Source: Candidatus Pacearchaeota archaeon | Lineage (GTDB): Archaea; Nanobdellota; Nanobdellia; Pacearchaeales; GW2011-AR1 | Direction: 5' to 3' | Assembly (NCBI GenBank): GCA_041654895.1 | Contig: JBAZCR010000001.1 | Location: 11,057-75,056 of the forward strand | DNA length: 64,000 nt | Shown here: positions 56,567 to 64,000 of the stretch, one piece after another | How the letters are laid out: each line of letters starts with the position of its first letter | Numbering within the stretch: position 1 is the first letter of the stretch | The notes under the pieces: model-generated | What the model saw: only the letters and a program-made list of their open reading frames with translations | What the model was told of the DNA's origin: nothing | Database searches by the model: none | Made by a program: the position numbers and the translations under genes

Positions 56567-58111
56567 TTAAAATAAGGTTTTTTGTGCTTGTTTTTCTTTG
56601 TTAGAAATTTCTTTTTGTATTTCTTCAATTGCACTATGCATTCTTTTTTCTTTGTGAAATGAGGCATAATGATAAATTTGGTCTTTTGTATTTTTCGTAA
56701 CTAAAATTTTTAATTCTCCTGGTTTTAATCTTGCAGTTCTTCCTGCTCTTTGAATCTTTCTAATTGCTGAAGGAACTGGCTCGTAAAATATTACCATTGA
56801 AACTTCAGGGATATCTAAACCTTCTTCTCCAATAGATGTTGAGATTAATACATTTAATTTACCTTCTTTAAAATCTTCAATAATCTTTTTTTGTTCTTTT
56901 TGTTTTAGGCCTGTTGATTCTCCATAAGAATTTTGTTTAATTGCTTGTCCGACAAAGATTCCTGACTTTATATTTTCTATTTTATTTAGTTCTAGATTAA
57001 TCTTATTTACTGTTTCTCTAAACTGGGCAAATACAATTATTTTTGACTTCTTGTTTTGATTAATCTTTTCTTTTATTTGTTTTTTTAATTCTTCTAACTT
57101 CGGATGTTCTTCTGAGATTATTAAACTTAGAGAATAAGCTTTTGTAAATCTTGGATCTTTTGTTATTTGTTGAACTGCTCTTGATTGTTTTTCTGACGAC
57201 TGTTTAAATAAACCTTTCATATATTCTATAAAAGAAGTTAGTGTCTGGGTTTCAATTAAATCAATTGCATGCGAAATTTTTAATGCCTGAGCACAGAGAG
57301 AAACACCTTGCATTTTGTTTCCATCTTTTGATCTTTTTAATTCTTGCATTAATCTTGATTGTAATTTTAATATTTGAATTTTGTTTATCGGCCCGAATAC
57401 TAGTTTTCTTTCTTTTAATTGTCTTATCTTTTCATAATATATTTCTTCTAATAATATTTTTATTTCTAAAAACTCTTTTGGGAAATTAACTTCTATTTTT
57501 TCGAAATTAAGTTCTTGGAGATATTTTTTTACATCAGGAGAATCTCTAGTTCTTATTTCTACAGATTCTATTGCTAAATTATCACATACTTCTTTTATTG
57601 TTTTTTTATCTCCTCCGGGTGAGGCTGTTAAAGCTAATATTCTTGGATTTTGAGCTTGTATTTTATAGATTTTAGTAACAACATTATATGCATAATTTTT
57701 CATACATCTATGGGCCTCGTCGACAATTAAGAGAGATACTTCTTCTAAGTCATATAGCTTTTTTTTAAGATCATTTGCGATACATTGAGGTGTTGAAAAA
57801 ATAAATTCCGCAGTTTTCCATATCTTTTTTCTTAGATCTGATTTAGTTTTTCCAGTAAACAATTGCATATCTGCCCAATTACTAGGTAAAATGTTTTCGA
57901 AAGAATTAATATGTTGTTCTATTAATGGTTTAGTTGGTGCTAGGATTAGTATTTTTTGTAATGGATATTTCTTGAATCTTTCAACTGCCAACATAATCGC
58001 GATTAGTGTCTTTCCTGTTCCTGTAGGAAGTATTACTAGTGTATTCTTTTCTTTAGCAGTATTTAGAATATTTATTTGATAATCTCGAGGTTTTAAAGAT
58101 ATTTCATCCAT
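56567..58111 (-). CDS. hef: Hef/FANCM-like DEAH helicase
   Basis: 'PTGTGKT', 'DEAH', 'LTASPG', 'GEEGLDIP', 'QRAGRTAR'. Confidence 0.92.
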   Translation of the reverse strand: MDEISLKPRDYQINILNTAKEKNTLVILPTGTGKTLIAIMLAVERFKKYPLQKILILAPTKPLIEQHINSFENILPSNWADMQLFTGKTKSDLRKKIWKTAEFIFSTPQCIANDLKKKLYDLEEVSLLIVDEAHRCMKNYAYNVVTKIYKIQAQNPRILALTASPGGDKKTIKEVCDNLAIESVEIRTRDSPDVKKYLQELNFEKIEVNFPKEFLEIKILLEEIYYEKIRQLKERKLVFGPINKIQILKLQSRLMQELKRSKDGNKMQGVSLCAQALKISHAIDLIETQTLTSFIEYMKGLFKQSSEKQSRAVQQITKDPRFTKAYSLSLIISEEHPKLEELKKQIKEKINQNKKSKIIVFAQFRETVNKINLELNKIENIKSGIFVGQAIKQNSYGESTGLKQKEQKKIIEDFKEGKLNVLISTSIGEEGLDIPEVSMVIFYEPVPSAIRKIQRAGRTARLKPGELKILVTKNTKDQIYHYASFHKEKRMHSAIEEIQKEISNKEKQAQKTLF

Positions 58112-58145
58112 TTAGAAAAAATGTTAAAAGGGTTTATTAATATTT

Positions 58146-58430
58146 TTAAAGAAGTTCTTCTTCAAGAGGTAAATTTTCTCTTCTATCCAAAGGGATTGCA
58201 TTTTTACTAATAATTACAATATCTCCAATTGCTTTTACAAATTGCTGAGGAACTACGATGCCTCTTGCACCAGCAAGTAAGCTAATTATTTCTGCATCTT
58301 TTGCAACAATTCTCCAACCATCAATTCTATTCTCTGTAACTGTTAATTCATCTACTTTACCAAAAAATTCTCCATTATCAATATATACTTGTTTATCGAT
58401 AACATCTCCTATTTTTTTTATGTTTAACAT
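58146..58430 (-). CDS. PRC-barrel domain protein
   Basis: 'KQVYIDNGEFFGKV', 'VPQQFVKAIGDIVII'. Confidence 0.85.
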   Translation of the reverse strand: MLNIKKIGDVIDKQVYIDNGEFFGKVDELTVTENRIDGWRIVAKDAEIISLLAGARGIVVPQQFVKAIGDIVIISKNAIPLDRRENLPLEEELL

Positions 58431-58488
58431 ACTTATTTTTATTAGTCTTTATTTAAATATATTTCTATTTGTTTGAATATAATTTTTA

Positions 58489-58860
58489 TTAAATTAGGTA
58501 ATCAAATATGTTAAAATTGAAGAAAGGTATTCCTATATAATTTAAGGCAATAATTCCAAAAATACTAAGTAATAGTAGCACAAAAAATACTAGTAATATT
58601 ACTTTTGCTTTAGATAATTTTTTCTTTGTTTTCTTAGGTTTTCCTTTTTTATTAAGATTTTGTTCTGGGACTTTCCATTTTCCTATTTTTTCCAAATCCT
58701 TTCCAAAATTTTCATCAGATTTTGAGCCAGTTACAAATGTTAGAGCTTCATTAAAATCCTCTTCACTATAACCCTTAGAAACTATCTCTTTTTTTAATCC
58801 TTCAAGAGGGTATTTATCTTTATAAGAATTTAAATAATCTACGATAATTTGATTTACCAC
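58489..58860 (-). CDS. C-terminally membrane-anchored hypothetical protein
   Basis: GTG start with GAGGTG SD; small helical domain 'KGYSEEDFNEA'; C-terminal TM. Confidence 0.6.
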   Translation of the reverse strand: MVNQIIVDYLNSYKDKYPLEGLKKEIVSKGYSEEDFNEALTFVTGSKSDENFGKDLEKIGKWKVPEQNLNKKGKPKKTKKKLSKAKVILLVFFVLLLLSIFGIIALNYIGIPFFNFNIFDYLI

Positions 58861-58912
58861 TTGTCACCTCTTAAAATAAGTACTCTTAATAATTATTTAA
58901 AGCTTACTATTC

Positions 58913-59407
58913 TCAATTTTCTTTTTTATTATTCGTTTTTTTGCTACTAATTATTACCCAAATGATTAAACCAATTACTACAATTAAAAAAAAGAAATTT
59001 AAGAAGGAATTGTTTCCTATACTACTAAACCAACTGGAGATTTTATCATATAAATTTGTCACACTTAAAATAACTCCTATAACAAATATTCCTACTAGTA
59101 TTCCTATTCCTATTTTTAATTTGTTTGGCAAACCATTTGATAAATCTCCATAAACAAATCCAAATAATATCATGAACAACAATAAAGCTGTGACGCCAAC
59201 TGCTAACCAGGGCATAAACTCTACAACTATATCTCTAGGTCCTGGAAATGTAATTAAAATTAAACCTATTAAAAGAGATATTAAAGAATTTATTTGATGT
59301 TTACCATCGCCAAAAACTTTTGATTTTTCTAAAATTGCAAAAATTACTACAAAGACAAGTAAAAATGGTAATAACATTGTTGTCAAAAAAGTTTCTGCAA
59401 ACACCAT
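58913..59407 (-). CDS. Multi-pass membrane protein (paralog family)
   Basis: 'PFLLVFVVIFAILEKSKVFG'. Confidence 0.65.
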   Translation of the reverse strand: MVFAETFLTTMLLPFLLVFVVIFAILEKSKVFGDGKHQINSLISLLIGLILITFPGPRDIVVEFMPWLAVGVTALLLFMILFGFVYGDLSNGLPNKLKIGIGILVGIFVIGVILSVTNLYDKISSWFSSIGNNSFLNFFFLIVVIGLIIWVIISSKKTNNKKEN

Positions 59408-59481
59408 ATTATTTTTATTAAAGAGAAGTTTAAATACTTTTAGATAAACTATTTAAAAATGATTTGACTACTTTAAATTAT

Positions 59482-59552
59482 GATCCTGTAGTCTAATGGT
59501 AGAACACATCGCTGACTTCGATGAGGTCCAAGTCCGATTCTTGGCAGGATCA
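59482..59552 (+). tRNA. tRNA-Val, anticodon GAC (non-canonical U37 and C55)
   Basis: Acceptor GATCCTG/CAGGATC; anticodon stem CATCG/CGATG with loop CT-GAC-TT; T stem CCAAG/CTTGG with loop TCCGATT. Confidence 0.82.
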
Positions 59553-59602
59553 TTTGATTATAATAATAAACTTTAAAAATAACCTTTGAATCTAGATTTT
59601 AT

Positions 59603-59675
59603 GCCTGCATAGCTCAGATGTTAGAGCATCTGCCTTGTAAGCAGAGGGTCGGGGGTTAGAATCCCTCTGCAGGCT
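59603..59675 (+). tRNA. tRNA-Thr, anticodon TGT
   Basis: Acceptor GCCTGCA/TGCAGGC; D stem GCTC/GAGC; anticodon stem TCTGC/GCAGA with loop CT-TGT-AA; T loop TTAGAAT. Confidence 0.9.
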
Positions 59676-59717
59676 TTTGATAATTAACCTTATAAATTTT
59701 ATTCTATTTTTGGTTTT

Positions 59718-61235
59718 ATGGTTATATCTTTAAAAAAACTTTTTCCTTTAAAGAAGTCAGAATTAACGTTATTATTTATGGTAATAATTTTATTATCTTT
59801 ATCTAATATTTTACCTTATTTCTTTCAGGACTCAATTAATAGAGGGTTTCCATTACATAATGATGAGTTATTTCATTTAAACCAAGCAAAACATCTTAGA
59901 AGTGGTAGTTATGAATTTAATTCTTTAAGTGGTTTAGAAATTGGTTTTCACTTTTTTTTATTTTTCTTAGACCTTTTTTTTGATTTAATTAAGATTTACC
60001 CACTTTTATCTCTTATTTGGATGTTTATTACTTCAATAATTATTTTTTTAGTTACTTTTAATTTGACAGAGAAGAATTATTTTGTTTCTTTATTTACACT
60101 TATCTTTTTTGGTTCTATAGGAATAGATAATCTTTTTTTAGGAATGTCTTTTTTTACACCATTAGCATTTTCAATTCCATTTATCTTTATCTATATTTAT
60201 TTGTTTTTTGAAGGATTAAGAACTGAAAATAAAAAATTTCTTTTCTATAGTTTTTTATTTATGATGCTTTTATTATTTTTTCATCCTGCTTCAATTGTAT
60301 TTTTTATACCTCTTATGGTATTCCAACTTTTCAAATATAAGCCCTTTATAATAAAAGAAAAGAAATTTTTCTCAATTTTTTTAGTGATACCTTTAGTTGC
60401 TTTATTCTTTTATATTCTTTTAATAAAAGGTTATTTTAAATTTGATTTTATTTTAAATTTAATCTATTTTCAGAAAGACTGGGCTAGTATTGAAACTCTT
60501 AAAAAAATAAAATTCACTAAACTTTATTCACCCTTTAATTTTTTTTTATCTCTTATTGGAATTTTTTATTTATTTTTGAAAAGAAAAAAGAAATATTACC
60601 CTTATATTTTACTGGTTTTCTCTTTATTTCTAATCATTATATGCTTTAATCTTTTTTCTTTTTCTTTATTTGGCCCAGCCCAAAGAATCTACTTTTATTT
60701 TTTAATTTTTCTCCCTTTATTTAGTGCTTTTGGGCTTTTTTTTATCTTTAGAACGATACTTGATTTTTTAAACCAAAAGAAAATTAGTAAATTATTTATA
60801 ATTATGATTCTTATCTTAATTTTATCTATTTCTTTATTTTTATCTTATTCTTCTTCCATTTCTGAAAAAATAAACTTTAATTCTTTTATTAATTTGAATA
60901 AAAATGAATATGATGTATTGAGATTCTTATCTAAAATAGACTCTGGGAATATTATTGTTCCATTGAATCATTTATCTCCTTTTATTAAGTCGTTTGCGGG
61001 TCAAGAGCCTGTTAGTACATGGTATTTCTATCATCCTGAAAGAAGGCAGACAGTAGACTCTTTTTATTCAATAGATGATTGTAATTTAAAAGACTCTGTA
61101 ATTAAATATTATCATTTAGATTATGTTTTATCTACGAGATTAATTTTATGTGAAGAATTTAAATTAATATATCCTGTAGGACCTTATGTTTATGATGTTT
61201 CTTATTTGTCTAAAAACTATTATACTAAGGTGTAA
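59718..61235 (+). CDS. Multi-TM glycosyltransferase-like protein (GT-C fold candidate)
   Basis: 'HNDE' acidic loop after TM1, many TM helices, 'FHP', soluble C-terminal domain 'LDYVL'. Confidence 0.6.
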   Translation: MVISLKKLFPLKKSELTLLFMVIILLSLSNILPYFFQDSINRGFPLHNDELFHLNQAKHLRSGSYEFNSLSGLEIGFHFFLFFLDLFFDLIKIYPLLSLIWMFITSIIIFLVTFNLTEKNYFVSLFTLIFFGSIGIDNLFLGMSFFTPLAFSIPFIFIYIYLFFEGLRTENKKFLFYSFLFMMLLLFFHPASIVFFIPLMVFQLFKYKPFIIKEKKFFSIFLVIPLVALFFYILLIKGYFKFDFILNLIYFQKDWASIETLKKIKFTKLYSPFNFFLSLIGIFYLFLKRKKKYYPYILLVFSLFLIIICFNLFSFSLFGPAQRIYFYFLIFLPLFSAFGLFFIFRTILDFLNQKKISKLFIIMILILILSISLFLSYSSSISEKINFNSFINLNKNEYDVLRFLSKIDSGNIIVPLNHLSPFIKSFAGQEPVSTWYFYHPERRQTVDSFYSIDDCNLKDSVIKYYHLDYVLSTRLILCEEFKLIYPVGPYVYDVSYLSKNYYTKV

Positions 61236-61378
61236 ATAAAAGGACTAATTGCAGAACTTTGACCTATGTAGATTAATAAGCCTGCAATTATTAAGATAAT
61301 TATTAGTGGTATCAACCACCATGCCTTTCTTTCTTTTAAAAAGCCCCATATTTGTTTTAAAAAACTTTTATTGTTCAT
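61220..61378 (-). CDS. DUF5989-like small membrane protein, 52 aa, not in ORF track
   Basis: MNNKSFLKQIWGFLKERKAWWLIPLIIILIIAGLL...SSAISPFIYTLV: 'W.FL..RK.WWL.P' and 'PFIYTL' signature. Confidence 0.8.
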   Translation of the reverse strand: MNNKSFLKQIWGFLKERKAWWLIPLIIILIIAGLLIYIGQSSAISPFIYTLV

Positions 61379-61457
61379 TCTTTTTCAACAAACTTAGAAG
61401 ATAAAAATCTTTTGTTTATATAATTAATCTTTTAAATCTTATTAGTTTATTTTATCT

Positions 61458-63290
61458 ATGATATTCTTAATTCTTCTTTTTGGAACTTTATTTTTTTTTA
61501 TGTCTGGTTTTTTATTAGTTTATCTATTTTATAAAAAACTATCTTTAAGTGAATGCATTGTTTATACTAGTATTTCTTCTATTTTTATAATTACTCTGAT
61601 TTGTTTTTTATTAGTCCAATTTAAATTGTTCAATTTTATTAATATTATTTTTTCCCTTTCATTTGTTCAGGTTTTCCTTTTAATTATTATTCTTTTTAAG
61701 AGAAAAACTTTATCTATTTATTATGATCCTTCTTTTCATTTCCATTTTCTATTTTCTATCTTGGGGATATGCTGGAGATGGTTTTTCAGAATTTCTTCTT
61801 TTAAATGGGGTGATGGAATTACGAGCCATATTGATAAGATAATTATAGAAAATTTTTTTATACAGGGTTTTAATCTTTCTATCCCTAATGTTGGTTTTTA
61901 TACTGGGATGTTATTTGATCATTCAACCCTAATTGCAGGAGATCTTGCAAATTATTTTTATTCTTTAATAGGATTTAGTAAGTTCTTTACTACGTTTATA
62001 TCTGTTTTCCTTCTTTCTTTTTTTACTTATAAGCTTATTTTTATCTATACAAAAAAAAATAATTTAGCTTTATTAGGCTCATTTATTCTTGCTTCTCTTG
62101 GACCTATAGAAATTTGGTTTAACACTTTTTCTTTTTTTGGATGGAGAACTTCTTATATTGGTCTAATAAGTTTATTTATTTTATATTTAACTAAAGAAAA
62201 ACCTTTTTTTTATTTAACTTTATTAATTATAATTCCGTTATCTTTAAGTTATTATACTGCTTCAATAGTTTTAATCTTAACTTGTTTAGGCTTTTTATTT
62301 TCTTTAATAATTTCCAATATTCTAAATTCTGAAATAAGGAATGTCAAAACTGCATTTAAAAAAATAATAAAAGATAAAAAATTTCAAGAATTTTTATTTA
62401 TTCTTGTTCTTTTAATTTTGTTTTTTATCCTTTTTGCAGGGAATTCTTTAATTAAACATGCAAGCGATACTACTTCTTCAATTTTATCTTTATATGATTC
62501 TTCTTATTTTAGTTCTATAAGCTCTAATTTATCTTTTATATCTAAACCTCTTTATCCTTATCAAAATAAGTTTAAATTTATGAATATAAGTGCTTTAAAT
62601 TGGCAAAATTTATTATTTTTATTATTTATTTTCCTTTTCTTTGTTCAAATCCTTTTTCTTAAAAAGAAAAATAAATATTTATTCTTTAGCTATGATAAGA
62701 ATCTTTTTTTTATTTTAATTCCTGCATTTTTTGTTTTTTTATCATTTTGTTTAGTAAACTATGAACAAAGAGGTTTTTCATATCTTTTTTTTCTCACCTT
62801 TTTGATTTTAAATATACCTAAAAAATATTTTTCTATATTTGCGACACTTTTAATTTCATTCTTTTTGATTACAGGTTATTTTGAAAATATAGAGAGGAGC
62901 TCTTTTTTTAAGTATGATGAAGAAGAAATATCTGGTATAAAATGGGTTATTCAAAATTTAGATGGAAAAATTTTAAGTGATGAAAGATTTATTAGCCTTT
63001 TAATTGAAGAAGGATATTATAATGTTACAGGTTTTTCGGATAATTCTTTTTTTATAAATACTCTTTTTTATGATAATAATACTTCAAATATTAGAGAATC
63101 CTTTTCTTTTTTGGATGTTGATTATTTTGTAATAACTAGAAGAATGAAGGAAGACTATATTTTAATGTTGAGTTTTCCTCAAGAACCTATGAATAATTCA
63201 CAGATTTACGATTCTTTTTTTAAAAAAATCTATTCAAATAAAGAAATAGAAGTATATTCTATTCGCCGTGGACTGTTAAATATTTCTTAA
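61458..63290 (+). CDS. Multi-TM membrane protein (GT-C/DUF2206-like)
   Basis: Many TM helices; C-terminal 'EEISGIKW', 'VDYFVI', 'KIYSN..IEVY' typical of archaeal GT-C-like proteins. Confidence 0.55.
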   Translation: MIFLILLFGTLFFFMSGFLLVYLFYKKLSLSECIVYTSISSIFIITLICFLLVQFKLFNFINIIFSLSFVQVFLLIIILFKRKTLSIYYDPSFHFHFLFSILGICWRWFFRISSFKWGDGITSHIDKIIIENFFIQGFNLSIPNVGFYTGMLFDHSTLIAGDLANYFYSLIGFSKFFTTFISVFLLSFFTYKLIFIYTKKNNLALLGSFILASLGPIEIWFNTFSFFGWRTSYIGLISLFILYLTKEKPFFYLTLLIIIPLSLSYYTASIVLILTCLGFLFSLIISNILNSEIRNVKTAFKKIIKDKKFQEFLFILVLLILFFILFAGNSLIKHASDTTSSILSLYDSSYFSSISSNLSFISKPLYPYQNKFKFMNISALNWQNLLFLLFIFLFFVQILFLKKKNKYLFFSYDKNLFFILIPAFFVFLSFCLVNYEQRGFSYLFFLTFLILNIPKKYFSIFATLLISFFLITGYFENIERSSFFKYDEEEISGIKWVIQNLDGKILSDERFISLLIEEGYYNVTGFSDNSFFINTLFYDNNTSNIRESFSFLDVDYFVITRRMKEDYILMLSFPQEPMNNSQIYDSFFKKIYSNKEIEVYSIRRGLLNIS

Positions 63291-63990
63291 TTGTATCTTT
63301 GGGGTTTCCTTCTTCTTTTATGACTCCATCCTCTATCCAAATAACTTTATTACAATATTTTTCAATCATTTCTAAATCATGACTTACTAAGATAATACTT
63401 ATACCTTCCTTAACAAGCTGTTTCATTTTTCTAATACTTTTTTTTCTAAACTTTTCATCTCCAATTTCAAAAACTTCATCTAACAATAATATTTTTGGGT
63501 TACAATAAATTGCTGTTGAAAACGCGATTCTTTGTAACATTCCATTGGAGAATTTATATAATTTGGTATTAACATATTCTTCTAATTCAGAAAATTTGAT
63601 TATCTCCTTTATTCTATTTTTAATCTCTTTTTTACTCAATCCAAATAGAATTCCTAATAAATAAATATTTTCTTTCATTGTTAGCATATCTTGAAGTCCA
63701 GTGTATAAATTAATCATAGAGATTATTTTTCCATTTATTTTTATCTTACCTTTATCTTGCTTATATATTCCTGAGATGATTCTTAATAGCGTGCTCTTTC
63801 CTGATCCATTTTTTCCTATAAGTCCAACTATCTCATTAGAATTTATCTTAAATGAAATATCTCTTAATACTTTAGTAGATTCTTTTTTAAATTTTAAGAG
63901 GTTCAGATTTAATATTGTTTTTAGAATAGGCTTGGAATATTTTTCCTTCTTAAATTCTTTAGAAATATTTTTTATAATCATTCTTTCCAT
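63259..63990 (-). CDS. Polysaccharide ABC exporter ATP-binding subunit (Wzt/TagH-like)
   Basis: 'GKNGSGKST', 'FSNGMLQRIAFS', 'LLLDEVFEIGDEKF', 'VSHD'. Confidence 0.9.
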   Translation of the reverse strand: MERMIIKNISKEFKKEKYSKPILKTILNLNLLKFKKESTKVLRDISFKINSNEIVGLIGKNGSGKSTLLRIISGIYKQDKGKIKINGKIISMINLYTGLQDMLTMKENIYLLGILFGLSKKEIKNRIKEIIKFSELEEYVNTKLYKFSNGMLQRIAFSTAIYCNPKILLLDEVFEIGDEKFRKKSIRKMKQLVKEGISIILVSHDLEMIEKYCNKVIWIEDGVIKEEGNPKDTIKKYLTVHGE

Positions 63991-64000
63991 GTCTAAATCC

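Noticed and set aside
747..59153. Many short antisense or alternate-frame ORFs in the track (e.g. 747-962, 941-1300, 3739-4173, 7046-7453, 17986-18519, 57241-57489)
   Set aside because: They overlap well-supported genes or tRNAs and show the F/L/I/S-rich composition expected of shadow frames in AT-rich DNA.

Overview
Very AT-rich, gene-dense archaeal chromosome segment. Gene content and reduced, divergent proteins suggest a DPANN lineage, probably Pacearchaeota/Woesearchaeota (inference). In order it holds: a ribosomal/RNA polymerase operon (rpl21e to rps9, with a tRNA-Leu); two transporters; a XerA recombination and replication hub (xerA, dif-like sites, an HNH protein, two convergent coiled-coil/winged-helix genes with 12-bp DNA repeats inside their coding sequences, oriC, cdc6, PolD DP1/DP2); a large type IV pilus-like locus (prepilin peptidase, about 11 class III signal-peptide proteins including two micro-pilins missed by the ORF track, a 1607-aa Cys-rich surface protein, platform protein, ATPase); housekeeping genes (tfb, rps8e, dph6, split Hef); and the start of a surface-glycan locus. 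Four tRNA genes were found. The most notable signals are: (1) dif-like sites and xerA only about 4-5 kb from the apparent origin, separated from it by wHTH genes whose repeats look selected as DNA sites, suggesting an undescribed origin-linked resolution/segregation module; (2) a tRNA-Leu with an A34 (AAG) anticodon, very unusual for archaea; (3) two tRNAs with non-canonical core positions; (4) an ArmA/Rmt(FmrO)-like methyltransferase. All calls come from reading motifs by eye; no database searches were run.
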